Below are positions 52,219 to 61,863 of a DNA stretch of 64,000 nt, piece after piece. The notes under the pieces were generated by a model. That model was given only the letters and a program-made list of their open reading frames with translations, had not been told where the DNA came from and searched no databases. Source of the DNA: an uncultured Rhodothermales bacterium (GTDB taxonomy: Bacteria > Bacteroidota > Rhodothermia > Rhodothermales > JANQRZ01); contig CAYTJT010000001.1 of assembly GCA_964438105.1 (NCBI GenBank), positions 1,236 to 65,235 of the forward strand, written 5' to 3'. The position numbers and the translations under genes are program-made. Position 1 is the stretch's first letter. Each line of letters starts with the position of its first letter.

Positions 52219-52674
52219 TCAGTGTCGAGAGGAAACGGTGCGGGCGCGTCCGGCGAGCCACGCTGAAAGAGCGGGGAGCAGCGTGACCTGCACGACGGGC
52301 GAGAGGCCGACGCGGTGCCCGGCCACGTCGAGCGTCGGCATGGCCGGGCCGTAGCCCCACAAGCCCAGCGCCTGAGCGGCCCATTCGAGCGCGACGCTCG
52401 CGACGAAACCGATGACTAGCAGAGCCATCCAGCCGCGCGCGTCGGGCGGGACGACGCGAGCAGCCAAGTGCCCCGCCATCCAGACGACGCCCAGCACGAT
52501 GCCGACGTCGCCCAGTGTGGCCGCCCACATGTAGAGCGTCGCCTTCCAAAAGGGCCAGTCCCACATGTCGAAGAGAAACACGCACTGGGTAAACTCCCAG
52601 ACGGCGTTGAGCGCGAAGCCCCACGCCGCCGTGCGAGCCAGATGGGAGCGCCGCAGAGGTCTGGCCAAAGCCAT
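52219..52674 (-). CDS. integral membrane protein, unknown
   Basis: Trimmed to MALARPLRR. Four hydrophobic helices. Confidence 0.45.
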   Translation of the reverse strand: MALARPLRRSHLARTAAWGFALNAVWEFTQCVFLFDMWDWPFWKATLYMWAATLGDVGIVLGVVWMAGHLAARVVPPDARGWMALLVIGFVASVALEWAAQALGLWGYGPAMPTLDVAGHRVGLSPVVQVTLLPALSAWLAGRARTVSSRH

Positions 52675-52678
52675 CGGG

Positions 52679-53128
52679 CTAGGAGCGAACGACCAGGCTT
52701 CCGCGCTGCATGTCCATGCCGCAGACGAACTCGAACTCGCCGCTCTCGGTCGGCGTGAACTCCACGGCGACCGGCTCATTCATCGGCAGATCGGTCACGG
52801 GCACGCCGAAAGCCGGAATCTGGATCTGCGACGAGCAGGCGCTCTCGACGGTTCGGGTGAAGACGAGGCGGGCCGGGACGCCAGCGGTCAGCTCGAGCGC
52901 ACCGGGCGCGTAGCCCATGCGTCCCGCTTCGATGTCGGCGACCTGGACGCCCTCGACCATCCTGACGTTGGCGGCATCGGCGGTCGTAGCACCGTCCATT
53001 GCATCGTGGTTCATGTCCTCCATGGCCTCTTCGGCGGGCGGAGTGGTCTGGGTGACGCCGTCGGGCGCGTCACCGCAGGCGGCGAGCAGCAGGAGAGCGA
53101 ATAGGGGCAGGGCAAGGAGTCGGTTCAT
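52679..53128 (-). CDS. cupredoxin-like lipoprotein
   Basis: From MNRLLALPLFALLLLAAC. C-terminal FEFVCGMDMQRGSLVV. Confidence 0.6.
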   Translation of the reverse strand: MNRLLALPLFALLLLAACGDAPDGVTQTTPPAEEAMEDMNHDAMDGATTADAANVRMVEGVQVADIEAGRMGYAPGALELTAGVPARLVFTRTVESACSSQIQIPAFGVPVTDLPMNEPVAVEFTPTESGEFEFVCGMDMQRGSLVVRS

Positions 53129-53171
53129 GGAGAGGGGGTTAGCGGATAGAAGCAGAGTGAAGGGATGAGGA

Positions 53172-53657
53172 CTAATGGGAGGCGAAGACCGAGGTGCGTC
53201 CGTCGCGGCCGACGAGCAGCACGTCGTAGTTGTCGGGCGCGCGACCCGGCACTTCCATGCCGGGCGAGCCGATGGGCATTCCGGGCACAGACAAACCAGC
53301 GGCGTCGGGCTGCTCGGCGAGCAAGCGCCGCACGTCTGAGGCGGGCACGTGGCCTTCGATGGCGTAGCCGCCAACGGTCGCGGTGTGGCACGAGGCGACG
53401 CCGGGGGGAATGCCCAAATCGCGCTTGATTGCGGATAGGTCGGGCAGATCGACGGTCTCGACCTCGAAACCGGCATCGACCATTCGCTCGGCCCATGCCG
53501 TGCAGCAGCCGCACGTGGGCGTCTTGTAGACGGTCATCACAGGCCGCTCGGCGGCAGCGGTGAGGGCGGCGCGTACTCCGTCTGCGGTGGGAGCCGAGTC
53601 GCCTCCCGAGCAACCGGCTAAGATCAGCAGGGCGGCGAGTGCGATACGTCGGGGCAT
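53172..53657 (-). CDS. DUF411 (CopG-like) metal-binding lipoprotein
   Basis: LILAGC lipobox. KTPTCGCCTAWAERM, SCHTATVGGYAIEGHVP. Confidence 0.8.
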   Translation of the reverse strand: MPRRIALAALLILAGCSGGDSAPTADGVRAALTAAAERPVMTVYKTPTCGCCTAWAERMVDAGFEVETVDLPDLSAIKRDLGIPPGVASCHTATVGGYAIEGHVPASDVRRLLAEQPDAAGLSVPGMPIGSPGMEVPGRAPDNYDVLLVGRDGRTSVFASH

Positions 53658-53812
53658 GATTCGGGTGCGGGTTGGAGCGGATGCACTCTCTCGACAGGCA
53701 GGGCGTTCGCGCCCGAACCTGAAAACTCGCTCAGGCCCGGGCGCGAAGGGCGCAACGTCCTTTCCCTATGGTGTTGGGACGGGTTGGAGTGGCAAGTGAG
53801 ATTGGAGGGCTG

Positions 53813-54745
53813 TCAGTTGCGGGCCGAAGACCAGTGGACGGCAGCGACGCGCCAGCCGTCCGGCTCGCGGCGCAGCACGAGCAGTTCGGCCATCTCGACC
53901 TCGCCGACGCGACTCCTCGAAGCCGTCCACGCCGCCGATCCAGCTACTGTGGTCCGACGGAAGAGGGGTTCGGAAGTCTTACCGGCGAGGAATGCGGCGT
54001 CTCGGGCGAAGTGGTGAGACAGGTACTCGGCGCGCGACTCGGCCGCGCCGCCTTCGAGGACGACGGCATCGGCGGTGAGCAGAGACTCGACGGCGGCCCG
54101 GTCGCCCGAAGCGAGTGCGGCGTGGAATCGGTCGGTCACAGCCGATACATCAAACGCATCGGGGTTGACGGGAGGCAGTTCGGCGCTCTGCTCGCTCATC
54201 CGGCTGTGGTCCATCTGAGTCATCGAGCCGTGGTCCATGCCGGTCATGTCGCCACTCATACCGCTCATCGAGCCGTGGTCCATACCCTGCATTCCATCCG
54301 AGCTTTGCATCGCCGAATGATCCATATCCGGCATCGTCCGCATCATGAGCACGTGTATGTCCGGGTCGTCCATCATGCGAGTGTGCGCGTCGGGATCGCT
54401 CATCAGCCGCGCGTGTGCGGCTCGCATTCGCGCCACCAGCGCATCCCGGTCGGCAGGCGAGAGACCGGCGACGTGTCCGCTCAGCCCACCAGCTTGATTC
54501 ATGCGAGGCATCGTTTGGGACATCAGCGCGCGCGTCTGAGGGTCGGCCGCCATGCGGGCATGGATGACGTCGTCGGCCATGAGCCGCTGGTGCAGCGCGA
54601 CTACGGCGGCACGCTCCCCGGCACCGGACGTGTCAGCCGCCTGGGCGTGGTGCATTCCGGCGTGGTCCTGAGCGAGTGCGGTGGGTGCAGCGAACGGCGC
54701 GGCGAGAGCTGCGACCAGAAAGAGCGAGCGAGGGAAAGAAATCAT
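53813..54745 (-). CDS. periplasmic Met/His-rich protein with NTF2/SnoaL-like C-terminal domain
   Basis: Signal peptide. MDH/MxM repeats (GMDHGSMSGMSGDMTGMDHGSM). C-terminal DUF4440-like region. Confidence 0.6.
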   Translation of the reverse strand: MISFPRSLFLVAALAAPFAAPTALAQDHAGMHHAQAADTSGAGERAAVVALHQRLMADDVIHARMAADPQTRALMSQTMPRMNQAGGLSGHVAGLSPADRDALVARMRAAHARLMSDPDAHTRMMDDPDIHVLMMRTMPDMDHSAMQSSDGMQGMDHGSMSGMSGDMTGMDHGSMTQMDHSRMSEQSAELPPVNPDAFDVSAVTDRFHAALASGDRAAVESLLTADAVVLEGGAAESRAEYLSHHFARDAAFLAGKTSEPLFRRTTVAGSAAWTASRSRVGEVEMAELLVLRREPDGWRVAAVHWSSARN

Positions 54746-54787
54746 TGAGTCGGAAAGGTCTGAGGAAGGGCAACGAGCGAACGCTCG

Positions 54788-55645
54788 TCAGGAGGCGGCA
54801 CGAACGGCGCGGTACAGCGGTAGGTCAATCAGCATGGGCAGTCCTTGAATCGCGGCGGCGATGAGAAACGCCGCCGCTTCGATGGGTGGGTAGGTAAACA
54901 GGAGCACGACCATTAGCGCGTTGAGCGCCGATGCTGCGCCGTAGAGCAGCTTGCGCGACGTGCCTTCTGCCTTGAAGGCGCTGTACGCGAAGCCGACGGC
55001 TGCGACGGCGAACCATACCTGGCGGAAGCTGACGTGCTGCGCGTCGGCGCTGACGAGCGCATCGCCGCCTGCCTCGCGCCCGCCGGAAGGTTCGTGCCCG
55101 TGCGAACCGTTCGCGTCAGAGTGGCCCAGGCTGTCCGAGTCGTGCTGGCCCGAGCGGGTTTGGGAGGAGGTCTGATCGGCTGAGTGGACGTGACCAGCCG
55201 AGGTGTCGTCTGGGTGGAGGTGTTCGCTGTCGCCTGCCTGGTCGGCTCCCGCGTGCGCGTGGTCTTCCCGATGCGTATGCGAACCGGCGTTCGCTTCGTC
55301 CTTACCGCCCCCGTCACGGCTCTGGCGGTCCTCATGCGGTGCACCGCCCTCGCTGCTGCCGTGCCCGCCTCCGCCGTGCGAGTGGTCGCCGCCTCCGGCC
55401 ACGACAACGAACGCGTTCTCGGCCATACCGAGCGCGACGAGACCGGCCCAGGCGGCTCCGTGCCGGTCCGAGGCCCTTCGCGCCAACCGGGCGAGCGTTA
55501 GCCCGATGGGCCACGCCATGAGCAGGGTCCAGGCGAGCACGATGGTACCCAACAGGGACGCCTGAGAGGCGCCCAGCAGGTGCGTGAGCACCCATCCGGC
55601 CGTCGTGGTGACGCCCCAGGCGGCGAGCAAGGATTGGTCGTTCAT
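54788..55645 (-). CDS. membrane protein with His-rich central loop
   Basis: TM helices at both ends. Central DHSHGGGGHGSSEGGAPHED...HTHREDHAHAG. Confidence 0.5.
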   Translation of the reverse strand: MNDQSLLAAWGVTTTAGWVLTHLLGASQASLLGTIVLAWTLLMAWPIGLTLARLARRASDRHGAAWAGLVALGMAENAFVVVAGGGDHSHGGGGHGSSEGGAPHEDRQSRDGGGKDEANAGSHTHREDHAHAGADQAGDSEHLHPDDTSAGHVHSADQTSSQTRSGQHDSDSLGHSDANGSHGHEPSGGREAGGDALVSADAQHVSFRQVWFAVAAVGFAYSAFKAEGTSRKLLYGAASALNALMVVLLFTYPPIEAAAFLIAAAIQGLPMLIDLPLYRAVRAAS

Positions 55646-55664
55646 GAGGACAGAGCGGGTGGAG

Positions 55665-56411
55665 TCAGCGCCACAGGCGAACGCCGAAGACGATCCGGGC
55701 GTCGGGACCCGGCTCGGCCTCGGCGGTGACGGCGCGCGTCCACTCGACGCCGACGTAAGGCGCGACTTCGCGGCGGATTTCGTAGCGCAGCCGTAGGCCC
55801 AGCTCGACGCTGCTCAGTCCGCTGCCGATGCCCCACTCGTCGACTTCTTGCAAGCCGAACACGACTTCGGTTTCGGGTTGGAGCACGAGCCGCTGCGTCA
55901 CGAGCAGGTCGTACGACGCTTCGAGCCGCGCCGAGACGTCGCCCCGGTACGAAACGAACAGAGCAGGCTCGACCTCGAACCAGTAGGGCGCCAGCCCTTC
56001 CAGTCCGACGGCCAGTTGCGGGCGGGCGCGGACCGGGCCGCCTTCGAACGCCAGGTCGGTGCGGACGCCGACTTGCGCCTCGAAGTACGACGTGATGAGG
56101 CGACTGTACAGCGCCTGAAACTCGGCTTCGCCCTCGCCTTCGGCCAGCAGTCCTTCGGCCTCGCCGCGCAGGTAGAGTCTGGTGTAATCGTTTCCGATCC
56201 GGTAGAGCGCGTCCACGCGTGCGGGCACGCCGCCGACGGCCGGGGCGATCTCGAACAGGTCGACGAGCGCCAGCGAGTAGAGCATCTGGTCGCCCGCGGG
56301 TCCCTGCGAGGGGCGGAAGGCCGGATACTCAGGGAACGGCGGGTCGTCCTGGGCGCGCGCCAGTGGGGCGAAGGCGAGCAGGAGCAGAACGAGCAGGAGA
56401 AAGCGGGGCAT
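55665..56411 (-). CDS. pcoB: copper resistance protein B (PcoB/CopB outer-membrane family)
   Basis: 248 aa, signal peptide, beta-barrel-like alternation. Directly downstream of the multicopper oxidase. Confidence 0.75.
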   Translation of the reverse strand: MPRFLLLVLLLLAFAPLARAQDDPPFPEYPAFRPSQGPAGDQMLYSLALVDLFEIAPAVGGVPARVDALYRIGNDYTRLYLRGEAEGLLAEGEGEAEFQALYSRLITSYFEAQVGVRTDLAFEGGPVRARPQLAVGLEGLAPYWFEVEPALFVSYRGDVSARLEASYDLLVTQRLVLQPETEVVFGLQEVDEWGIGSGLSSVELGLRLRYEIRREVAPYVGVEWTRAVTAEAEPGPDARIVFGVRLWR

Positions 56412-56462
56412 CGAAACGAGGATCGAAGGGGTCAGAGGCGAGCGGCAGGTCGGTTTGCCGGG

Positions 56463-58439
56463 TCAGTAGCTGGCGGCGAGGTGGGCCGGAATCGGCTCGC
56501 CGGGGCGCTGCACCATCGCGACCCTGAACATGCCCAGTTCCATGTGATAGAGCACGTGGCAGTGGAAAGCCCACGGACCGAGCGCGTCGACTTCGACGAG
56601 CAGCGACAGGCGTTCGGCGGGCTTGACGACGACCGTGTGGACGCGCGGGATGTAGTCGCCCTGTCCGTTTTCCAGCTCCATCCACATGCCGTGGAGGTGC
56701 ATCGGGTGGTTCATCATGGTGTCGTTGACCATCGTCAGGCGCAGGCGCTCGCCGTAGACCATCGGGATGAGCGGCTCCTCGGCGTACGTCTTGCCGTTGA
56801 TGCCCCACATATAGCGCTCCATGTTGCCCGTGAGGTGGAGTTCGATTTCGCGGTCGGGGGCGCGGCGCGCTTCGGGGCGGAGCGAGCGCAGATCGGTGTA
56901 GACGAGCACGCGGCGGCCGTCGCCGCCCAGTCCGACGCCCGGCTCGTGGAGGCGGCTGCGCGTCGTCATCGGAGCCATCGCGTTGGCGGGGCCGTGCTCG
57001 TCGGGGCCGTGCGGCGTCGGGTCGGGCAGCGTGCCGGGCGGGCGCAGGCCGGTGCGGTCGACGCCGGGAGAGGCGACGGCGCCGCTCATCGGCGCGCCTC
57101 CCATCGCCATCGACGAGTGGTCCATGCCGTCCATCTGACTCTGGTTCGCGGCGTTCGTGCCCGCCATCGACGAATCGGCGGCGCTGTGGTCCATGCCGCT
57201 CATTGCGCCATGATCCATCCCCTCCATCGCGCCGTGGTCCATGCCGCCCATTGCGCTATGATCCATTCCCATGTCCATCATGGTGAGCATGGGGCGCTCG
57301 CGGCGCTCGGGGACGGGCGCCGTCATGCCGGGACGCGGGGCGAGCGTGCCTCTGGCGTAGCCCGAGCGGTCCATCGCCTCGGCGAAGAGGGTGTAGGCGC
57401 GGTCGCCCGGCTCGACGACGACGTCGTAGGTCTCGGCGATACCGATGCGAAACTCCTCGACGGCGACGGGCTGCACGTGCTGGCCGCTCACCTGGACGAC
57501 GGTCAGGTCGAGGCCGGGAATCCGCACGTCGTAGAACGTACCCGCACTCGCGTTGACGAACCGAATGCGGACCCGCTCACCCGGACGAAACTGCGCGTTC
57601 CAGCCGGGATCGGGCGCCTGGCCGTTCATCAGGTAGGTGTAGGTTGCGCCGGTGATGTCCGAGATGTCGGTCGCGTCCATGCGCATCCGGTCCCAGTCGA
57701 GGCGGCTGCCCAGGTCCATGCCCTCGCCCGCGATCAGCCCCGCGAGCGTTTGCCGCTGGAAGTTGTAGTAGTTGGGCCGGTTGCGGAGGTTGTCGAGCAG
57801 GTCGTGCGGGTTCTCGAACGTCCAGTCGGAGAGCACGACGACGAGTTCGCGGTCGAAGGCGTAGGGTTCGCTGCCTGCCGGGTCGATCACGAGCGGGGCG
57901 TAGTGGCCCAGCTGCTCCTGGAACGCCGAGTGGCTGTGGCACCAGTACGTGCCGAACTGCCGGATCGGGAAGCGATATTCGAACGTCGAGCGCGCGGGGA
58001 TGCCGGGGAAGTTGACGTGGGGCACGCCGTCCATGTCGTTGGGCAGGATGAGGCCGTGCCAGTGGATCGACGTGTCCTCGTCGATCCGGTTGTGGACGCG
58101 GATGACGGCCTCGTCGCCTTCGGTGAAGCGCAGCAGAGGTCCGGGGACGGTCCCGTTCATCGTGACGGCCGATCCGGTCTTGCCGCCGAATGCCAAGCGC
58201 GTGCGGTCGATGGTCAAATCGTACTCGACCAGGCCGCCCGCGCGCCGCGTAGGCGCCAAACCGGGAGCGCGCGCCGGACCCATCAGGGAAGAGCGCGCCC
58301 ACGCCGGAGTCAGCGCGGTCAGTCCGGCGAGAGCGCCGAAGGCGGAAGCGTTGCGAAGAAAGAGGCGGCGGTCCATCGGGAGGTCGGGTGGTATTGCCTT
58401 CTCCAACGAGGCAGCGCGGGTGCGGGTGCGAGCCGTCAC
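56463..58439 (-). CDS. pcoA: multicopper oxidase (PcoA/CopA-type) with Tat signal and Met-rich insert
   Basis: RRLFLRNASAFGALAGL; IHWHG; WCHSH; HCHVLYHMELGM; MMDMGMDHSAMGGMDHGAMEGMDH. Confidence 0.9.
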   Translation of the reverse strand: MTARTRTRAASLEKAIPPDLPMDRRLFLRNASAFGALAGLTALTPAWARSSLMGPARAPGLAPTRRAGGLVEYDLTIDRTRLAFGGKTGSAVTMNGTVPGPLLRFTEGDEAVIRVHNRIDEDTSIHWHGLILPNDMDGVPHVNFPGIPARSTFEYRFPIRQFGTYWCHSHSAFQEQLGHYAPLVIDPAGSEPYAFDRELVVVLSDWTFENPHDLLDNLRNRPNYYNFQRQTLAGLIAGEGMDLGSRLDWDRMRMDATDISDITGATYTYLMNGQAPDPGWNAQFRPGERVRIRFVNASAGTFYDVRIPGLDLTVVQVSGQHVQPVAVEEFRIGIAETYDVVVEPGDRAYTLFAEAMDRSGYARGTLAPRPGMTAPVPERRERPMLTMMDMGMDHSAMGGMDHGAMEGMDHGAMSGMDHSAADSSMAGTNAANQSQMDGMDHSSMAMGGAPMSGAVASPGVDRTGLRPPGTLPDPTPHGPDEHGPANAMAPMTTRSRLHEPGVGLGGDGRRVLVYTDLRSLRPEARRAPDREIELHLTGNMERYMWGINGKTYAEEPLIPMVYGERLRLTMVNDTMMNHPMHLHGMWMELENGQGDYIPRVHTVVVKPAERLSLLVEVDALGPWAFHCHVLYHMELGMFRVAMVQRPGEPIPAHLAASY

Positions 58440-58488
58440 CTTAAATGCCGCTCAGGAAGCACGCAGCGTCTTTTGACGCAGACTGCGG

Positions 58489-59472
58489 TTATTCGGCTGC
58501 CGTAGCGCCGAGCGCGAGCACGCGTACGACTCCGCGCCCGTCGAATCGCAGGCCGACCGGACCGGCAGGCGCCGCGTCGCCGTGGCCGTGCGTCACCTGC
58601 TCGCCGCCGACGTAGCCGCGGAAATGGGTGCCGACGGCATATGCGCGCACGTCGACCGGATTGCCGAGCCTAGCCGTCCCACTATCGAATATCTCTTCGG
58701 CATCGCCGCGCACCCGGCCCAGGCGTACCTGAGCCGGACCGCCTGGGGAGACGGTGAGCGCGAGGAAGTCGTAGTTCTGCGCGTCGGCGACGTGGTGGAC
58801 GAGCATGGCCGTGCCTTCGAAGCCGGACAGGTCAAGGCGGGCGCGCGCTTCCAAATCGCCGACGGCGTCGCCCCGCACCACGAACGCCGGTTGCCCTTGT
58901 CGTACAATCAGCGTGTCCCCTCTGACTGGGCTTCCCGCCAGCGATCGGATGCCGGCCAGAGCCGGAGTAGCGGGCAGCGGCGCATCCTCGGCAGCGGAGG
59001 CGTCGGCCCCGCCCGGTGCTGCCGCCGCGACGCCAACACCGTAGCGGTACACCAGCTCGCCGCCGCGCTCGGCCGTCTGCGCCACGAGCAGCAGGCTCAC
59101 TAACCCCAGCAGGGCTAGCGGCGCGTCGACGCGCAGCGTCGGCAGAGGCACGCGCCACAGCACGGCGACGCGGGCGGCGGTGTAGAGAGAGGCGAACCAG
59201 ACGAGGTAGAGTGCCCAGTCGGCGTGCGCGTTGAGCGTCGTCGCGGCCGCGAGGGGCAGCGCCACGTGGTCGGACGCGTCGCGTCCCGTCACCAGAGCCG
59301 CCGCCGCGCCCAGCGCCGCTAGCGCGTAGAGGCCCGTCGCAGACGCGCGCATCCAGGCGTGCCGCTGGCGCAGTACGAGCGCGATGCCGTCGACCAACGC
59401 CGCGACAAAGAGCAGCGCGATGGGGAAGTGAACGATCAGCGGGTGGACGTTGGGGGACCAGTCGGGCAGCAT
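58489..59472 (-). CDS. DUF2231-like membrane protein with extracytoplasmic beta-rich domain
   Basis: Trimmed to MLPDWSPNVHPLIVHFPIALLF. Confidence 0.55.
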   Translation of the reverse strand: MLPDWSPNVHPLIVHFPIALLFVAALVDGIALVLRQRHAWMRASATGLYALAALGAAAALVTGRDASDHVALPLAAATTLNAHADWALYLVWFASLYTAARVAVLWRVPLPTLRVDAPLALLGLVSLLLVAQTAERGGELVYRYGVGVAAAAPGGADASAAEDAPLPATPALAGIRSLAGSPVRGDTLIVRQGQPAFVVRGDAVGDLEARARLDLSGFEGTAMLVHHVADAQNYDFLALTVSPGGPAQVRLGRVRGDAEEIFDSGTARLGNPVDVRAYAVGTHFRGYVGGEQVTHGHGDAAPAGPVGLRFDGRGVVRVLALGATAAE

Positions 59473-59660
59473 GGCGGGAGGAGCAGGCGTCAGAGAGCCG
59501 AGCGAACCGCAGGTGAGGGCGCGCGGTAGTCGGCGGGGGATGCGCGTCAACATCCGCACGCGTGGGTGCCGGCGCACCTGAAAAGGTGCTCAGGTAGGAA
59601 AGCAGCGCGAGCGGCGGGGTACTCCGCCTCCGCCCTTCTACCGCCCTCTCCCCTGCTCCC

Positions 59661-60368
59661 ATGTGGATCCTGCTCATCGAAGACGAACCGCGCTTGGCTG
59701 CGACGATCCGGCGGGGACTGGAAGAAGAGGGCTACCGCGTAGACGTGGCGGCGGACGCGGTGAGCGGCGAGCGGGCGGCGCTGGCGAGGGCGTACGACGC
59801 GTTCGTGCTGGACCGCCGGTTGCCGGGCGGCGACGGGTTGGACGTGGCCCGGCGGCTGCGCAGCGCAGGCCGCGCCGAGCCGATCCTGATGCTGACGGCG
59901 CTGGCCGACGTGGACGACCGCGTGGCGGGGCTGGACGCCGGAGCCGACGACTACCTCGCCAAGCCGTTCGCGTTCGAGGAGCTGCTGGCCCGGCTGCGCG
60001 CGCTGCTGCGCCGCCCGCCGATGGCCGAGCACGAGCGCCTCGTACGCGTCGGCGCGCTTACGATCGACGCCGAGCGGCAGCGGGCGACGATGGACGGGCC
60101 GGGCGGCGAGACGGTCCTCAACCTGCGTCCCAAGGAATACGCCTTGCTGGTCGCGCTGGCGCGGAGTGCGGGCGAGGCGCTGAGCCGAACCGTTTTGGCC
60201 GACCGGGTGTGGGGCGACGCGCCCTACGTGACCGACAACGCGCTGGACGTGACGGTGAGCGGACTGCGGCAGCGCCTAGGCGACGCGCGCGACGCGTCCG
60301 GCGCTCCGGCACCGGGCATCGAGACCGTTCGCGGCGTGGGCTACCGGCTGACCGAGGCTGCGCGATGA
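59661..60368 (+). CDS. OmpR-family response regulator (CusR/CopR-like)
   Basis: Receiver ILLIEDEP...VLDRRLPGGDG. Winged helix ETVRGVGYRL. Confidence 0.9.
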   Translation: MWILLIEDEPRLAATIRRGLEEEGYRVDVAADAVSGERAALARAYDAFVLDRRLPGGDGLDVARRLRSAGRAEPILMLTALADVDDRVAGLDAGADDYLAKPFAFEELLARLRALLRRPPMAEHERLVRVGALTIDAERQRATMDGPGGETVLNLRPKEYALLVALARSAGEALSRTVLADRVWGDAPYVTDNALDVTVSGLRQRLGDARDASGAPAPGIETVRGVGYRLTEAAR

Positions 60369-61780
60369 AACGATACGCTCTCCCCCTCTCGGTCCGGCTG
60401 GCGCTGTGGTACGCGCTCACGCTGGGCCTGCTGCTGGGCGCGTTCGCCCTGTTCTGCTTCGCCGGCTTCCGCGCGTCGAGTCAGCGGGCGTTCGACCGGC
60501 ACCTGGCGCACGAGCTGGGTACGATTGCGCCGCTGGTGCGGTGGCAACCGGACGGGACACTCGACGTGGCCCATCTGAATACCTCGGCTCCCCCCGCGAC
60601 GCGGATTACGGGCGGCGGTGCCACGTTTGCGCGCGTGCTGACCGCTGGCGGCGACGTGCTGTGGGCGTCGGACAACTTCTCGGGCCGCGACGGGCTTGCG
60701 GTCCTCACGTCGGACGGTGCCGAGAGCCGAGCGTGGGGCGGCACGTCGGTGCGCTCGCTCGCCCGATCACTCTCTAACGCTCTCGGCACCCGCGTCGAAG
60801 TCACCGGATACGAGTGGACGGGGCCGGGTGCGCTGCGAGGGCTGGCGGGTATGCTGGCGATCGGCGTGCTGCTGGGTGTGCTGGTGGCGCTGGCGGCGGG
60901 GTGGTGGCTGGCTCAGCGGGCATTGCGGCCGGTTGCCGTACTGACCGAGTCGGCGGCGTCGCTGGCGGAAGAGGGTGCCCGGGTGGGCGGGCGGCTGCCC
61001 GCGACGTTCGCCTACCGCGATGAGCTGACCGACCTGGCCGGCACGTTCAACGAGCTACTGGGGCGGCTGGAAGCGTCGGTGGCGCGTGAGCGGCGGTTTA
61101 CGGCCAACGCAGCGCACGAGCTGATGAACCCGCTGGCGTCGCTGCGCAGCGACGCCGAAGTCGCGCTGCGCCGTCCGCGCACGGCTCCCGAGTACCGCGA
61201 GGTGCTGGGTCGCGTAGTCGAGGAGTCCGAGCGGATGGCGTCGAGCGTCGAGGGCCTGCTCCACCTGGCGCGCGCCGAAGCGCTGGGACGGACGCCCGAC
61301 GCCCGGTTGGACCTGAGCGCGCTGGTGCGCCAGCGCGTCGACCGGCTCGGTGCGCGGGCGCAGGCGGCGGGTCTGACGCTGGCGGCGGACGTGGAGCCGG
61401 GCATTCGGCTGGCCGCTCAGGCGGCTCCGCTGGTGCAGATCATCGACAACCTGGTCGAGAACGCGATCAAGTACACGCCGAGCGGCGGGAGCGTGCGCGT
61501 CGCGCTGACGCACAGGCACGGGGGCGGCACGTGCAGCGGAACGGCCCGGCTGATCGTCGAAGATACCGGCATCGGATTTGGCGGCGAGGCGGACCGGCTG
61601 TTCGACCGCTTCTACCGATCCGACGCGCCGGACGTGCAGGCGCGCCCGGGAACGGGACTGGGATTGGCCGTCGTCAAGGCCGTCGCCGAAGCCTATGGCG
61701 GGCGCGTCGGATGCGCGAGCGAGGGACCGGGTGCGGGCGCGCGGTTTTGGGCCGAACTGCCGTGCGTGGGCGACGGGTGA
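60365..61780 (+). CDS. sensor histidine kinase (CusS/CopS-like)
   Basis: ATGA overlap with the regulator. Two TM helices. H-box NAAHELMNPLASL. ENAIKYTP, DTGIGF, GTGLGLAVV. Confidence 0.9.
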   Translation: MKRYALPLSVRLALWYALTLGLLLGAFALFCFAGFRASSQRAFDRHLAHELGTIAPLVRWQPDGTLDVAHLNTSAPPATRITGGGATFARVLTAGGDVLWASDNFSGRDGLAVLTSDGAESRAWGGTSVRSLARSLSNALGTRVEVTGYEWTGPGALRGLAGMLAIGVLLGVLVALAAGWWLAQRALRPVAVLTESAASLAEEGARVGGRLPATFAYRDELTDLAGTFNELLGRLEASVARERRFTANAAHELMNPLASLRSDAEVALRRPRTAPEYREVLGRVVEESERMASSVEGLLHLARAEALGRTPDARLDLSALVRQRVDRLGARAQAAGLTLAADVEPGIRLAAQAAPLVQIIDNLVENAIKYTPSGGSVRVALTHRHGGGTCSGTARLIVEDTGIGFGGEADRLFDRFYRSDAPDVQARPGTGLGLAVVKAVAEAYGGRVGCASEGPGAGARFWAELPCVGDG

Positions 61781-61863
61781 GGAGGGCGAGCTTCGCGCCC
61801 TCTACCTGAGCGCGTTTTAAGGTGGCCGCAGAGTCCGCCGCGCGGACGGAGCGTTTGGCCGGT

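Noticed and set aside
55848-58505. 885-aa plus-strand ORF
   Set aside because: It lies antisense to the PcoB and PcoA multicopper oxidase genes. The translation is low-complexity.
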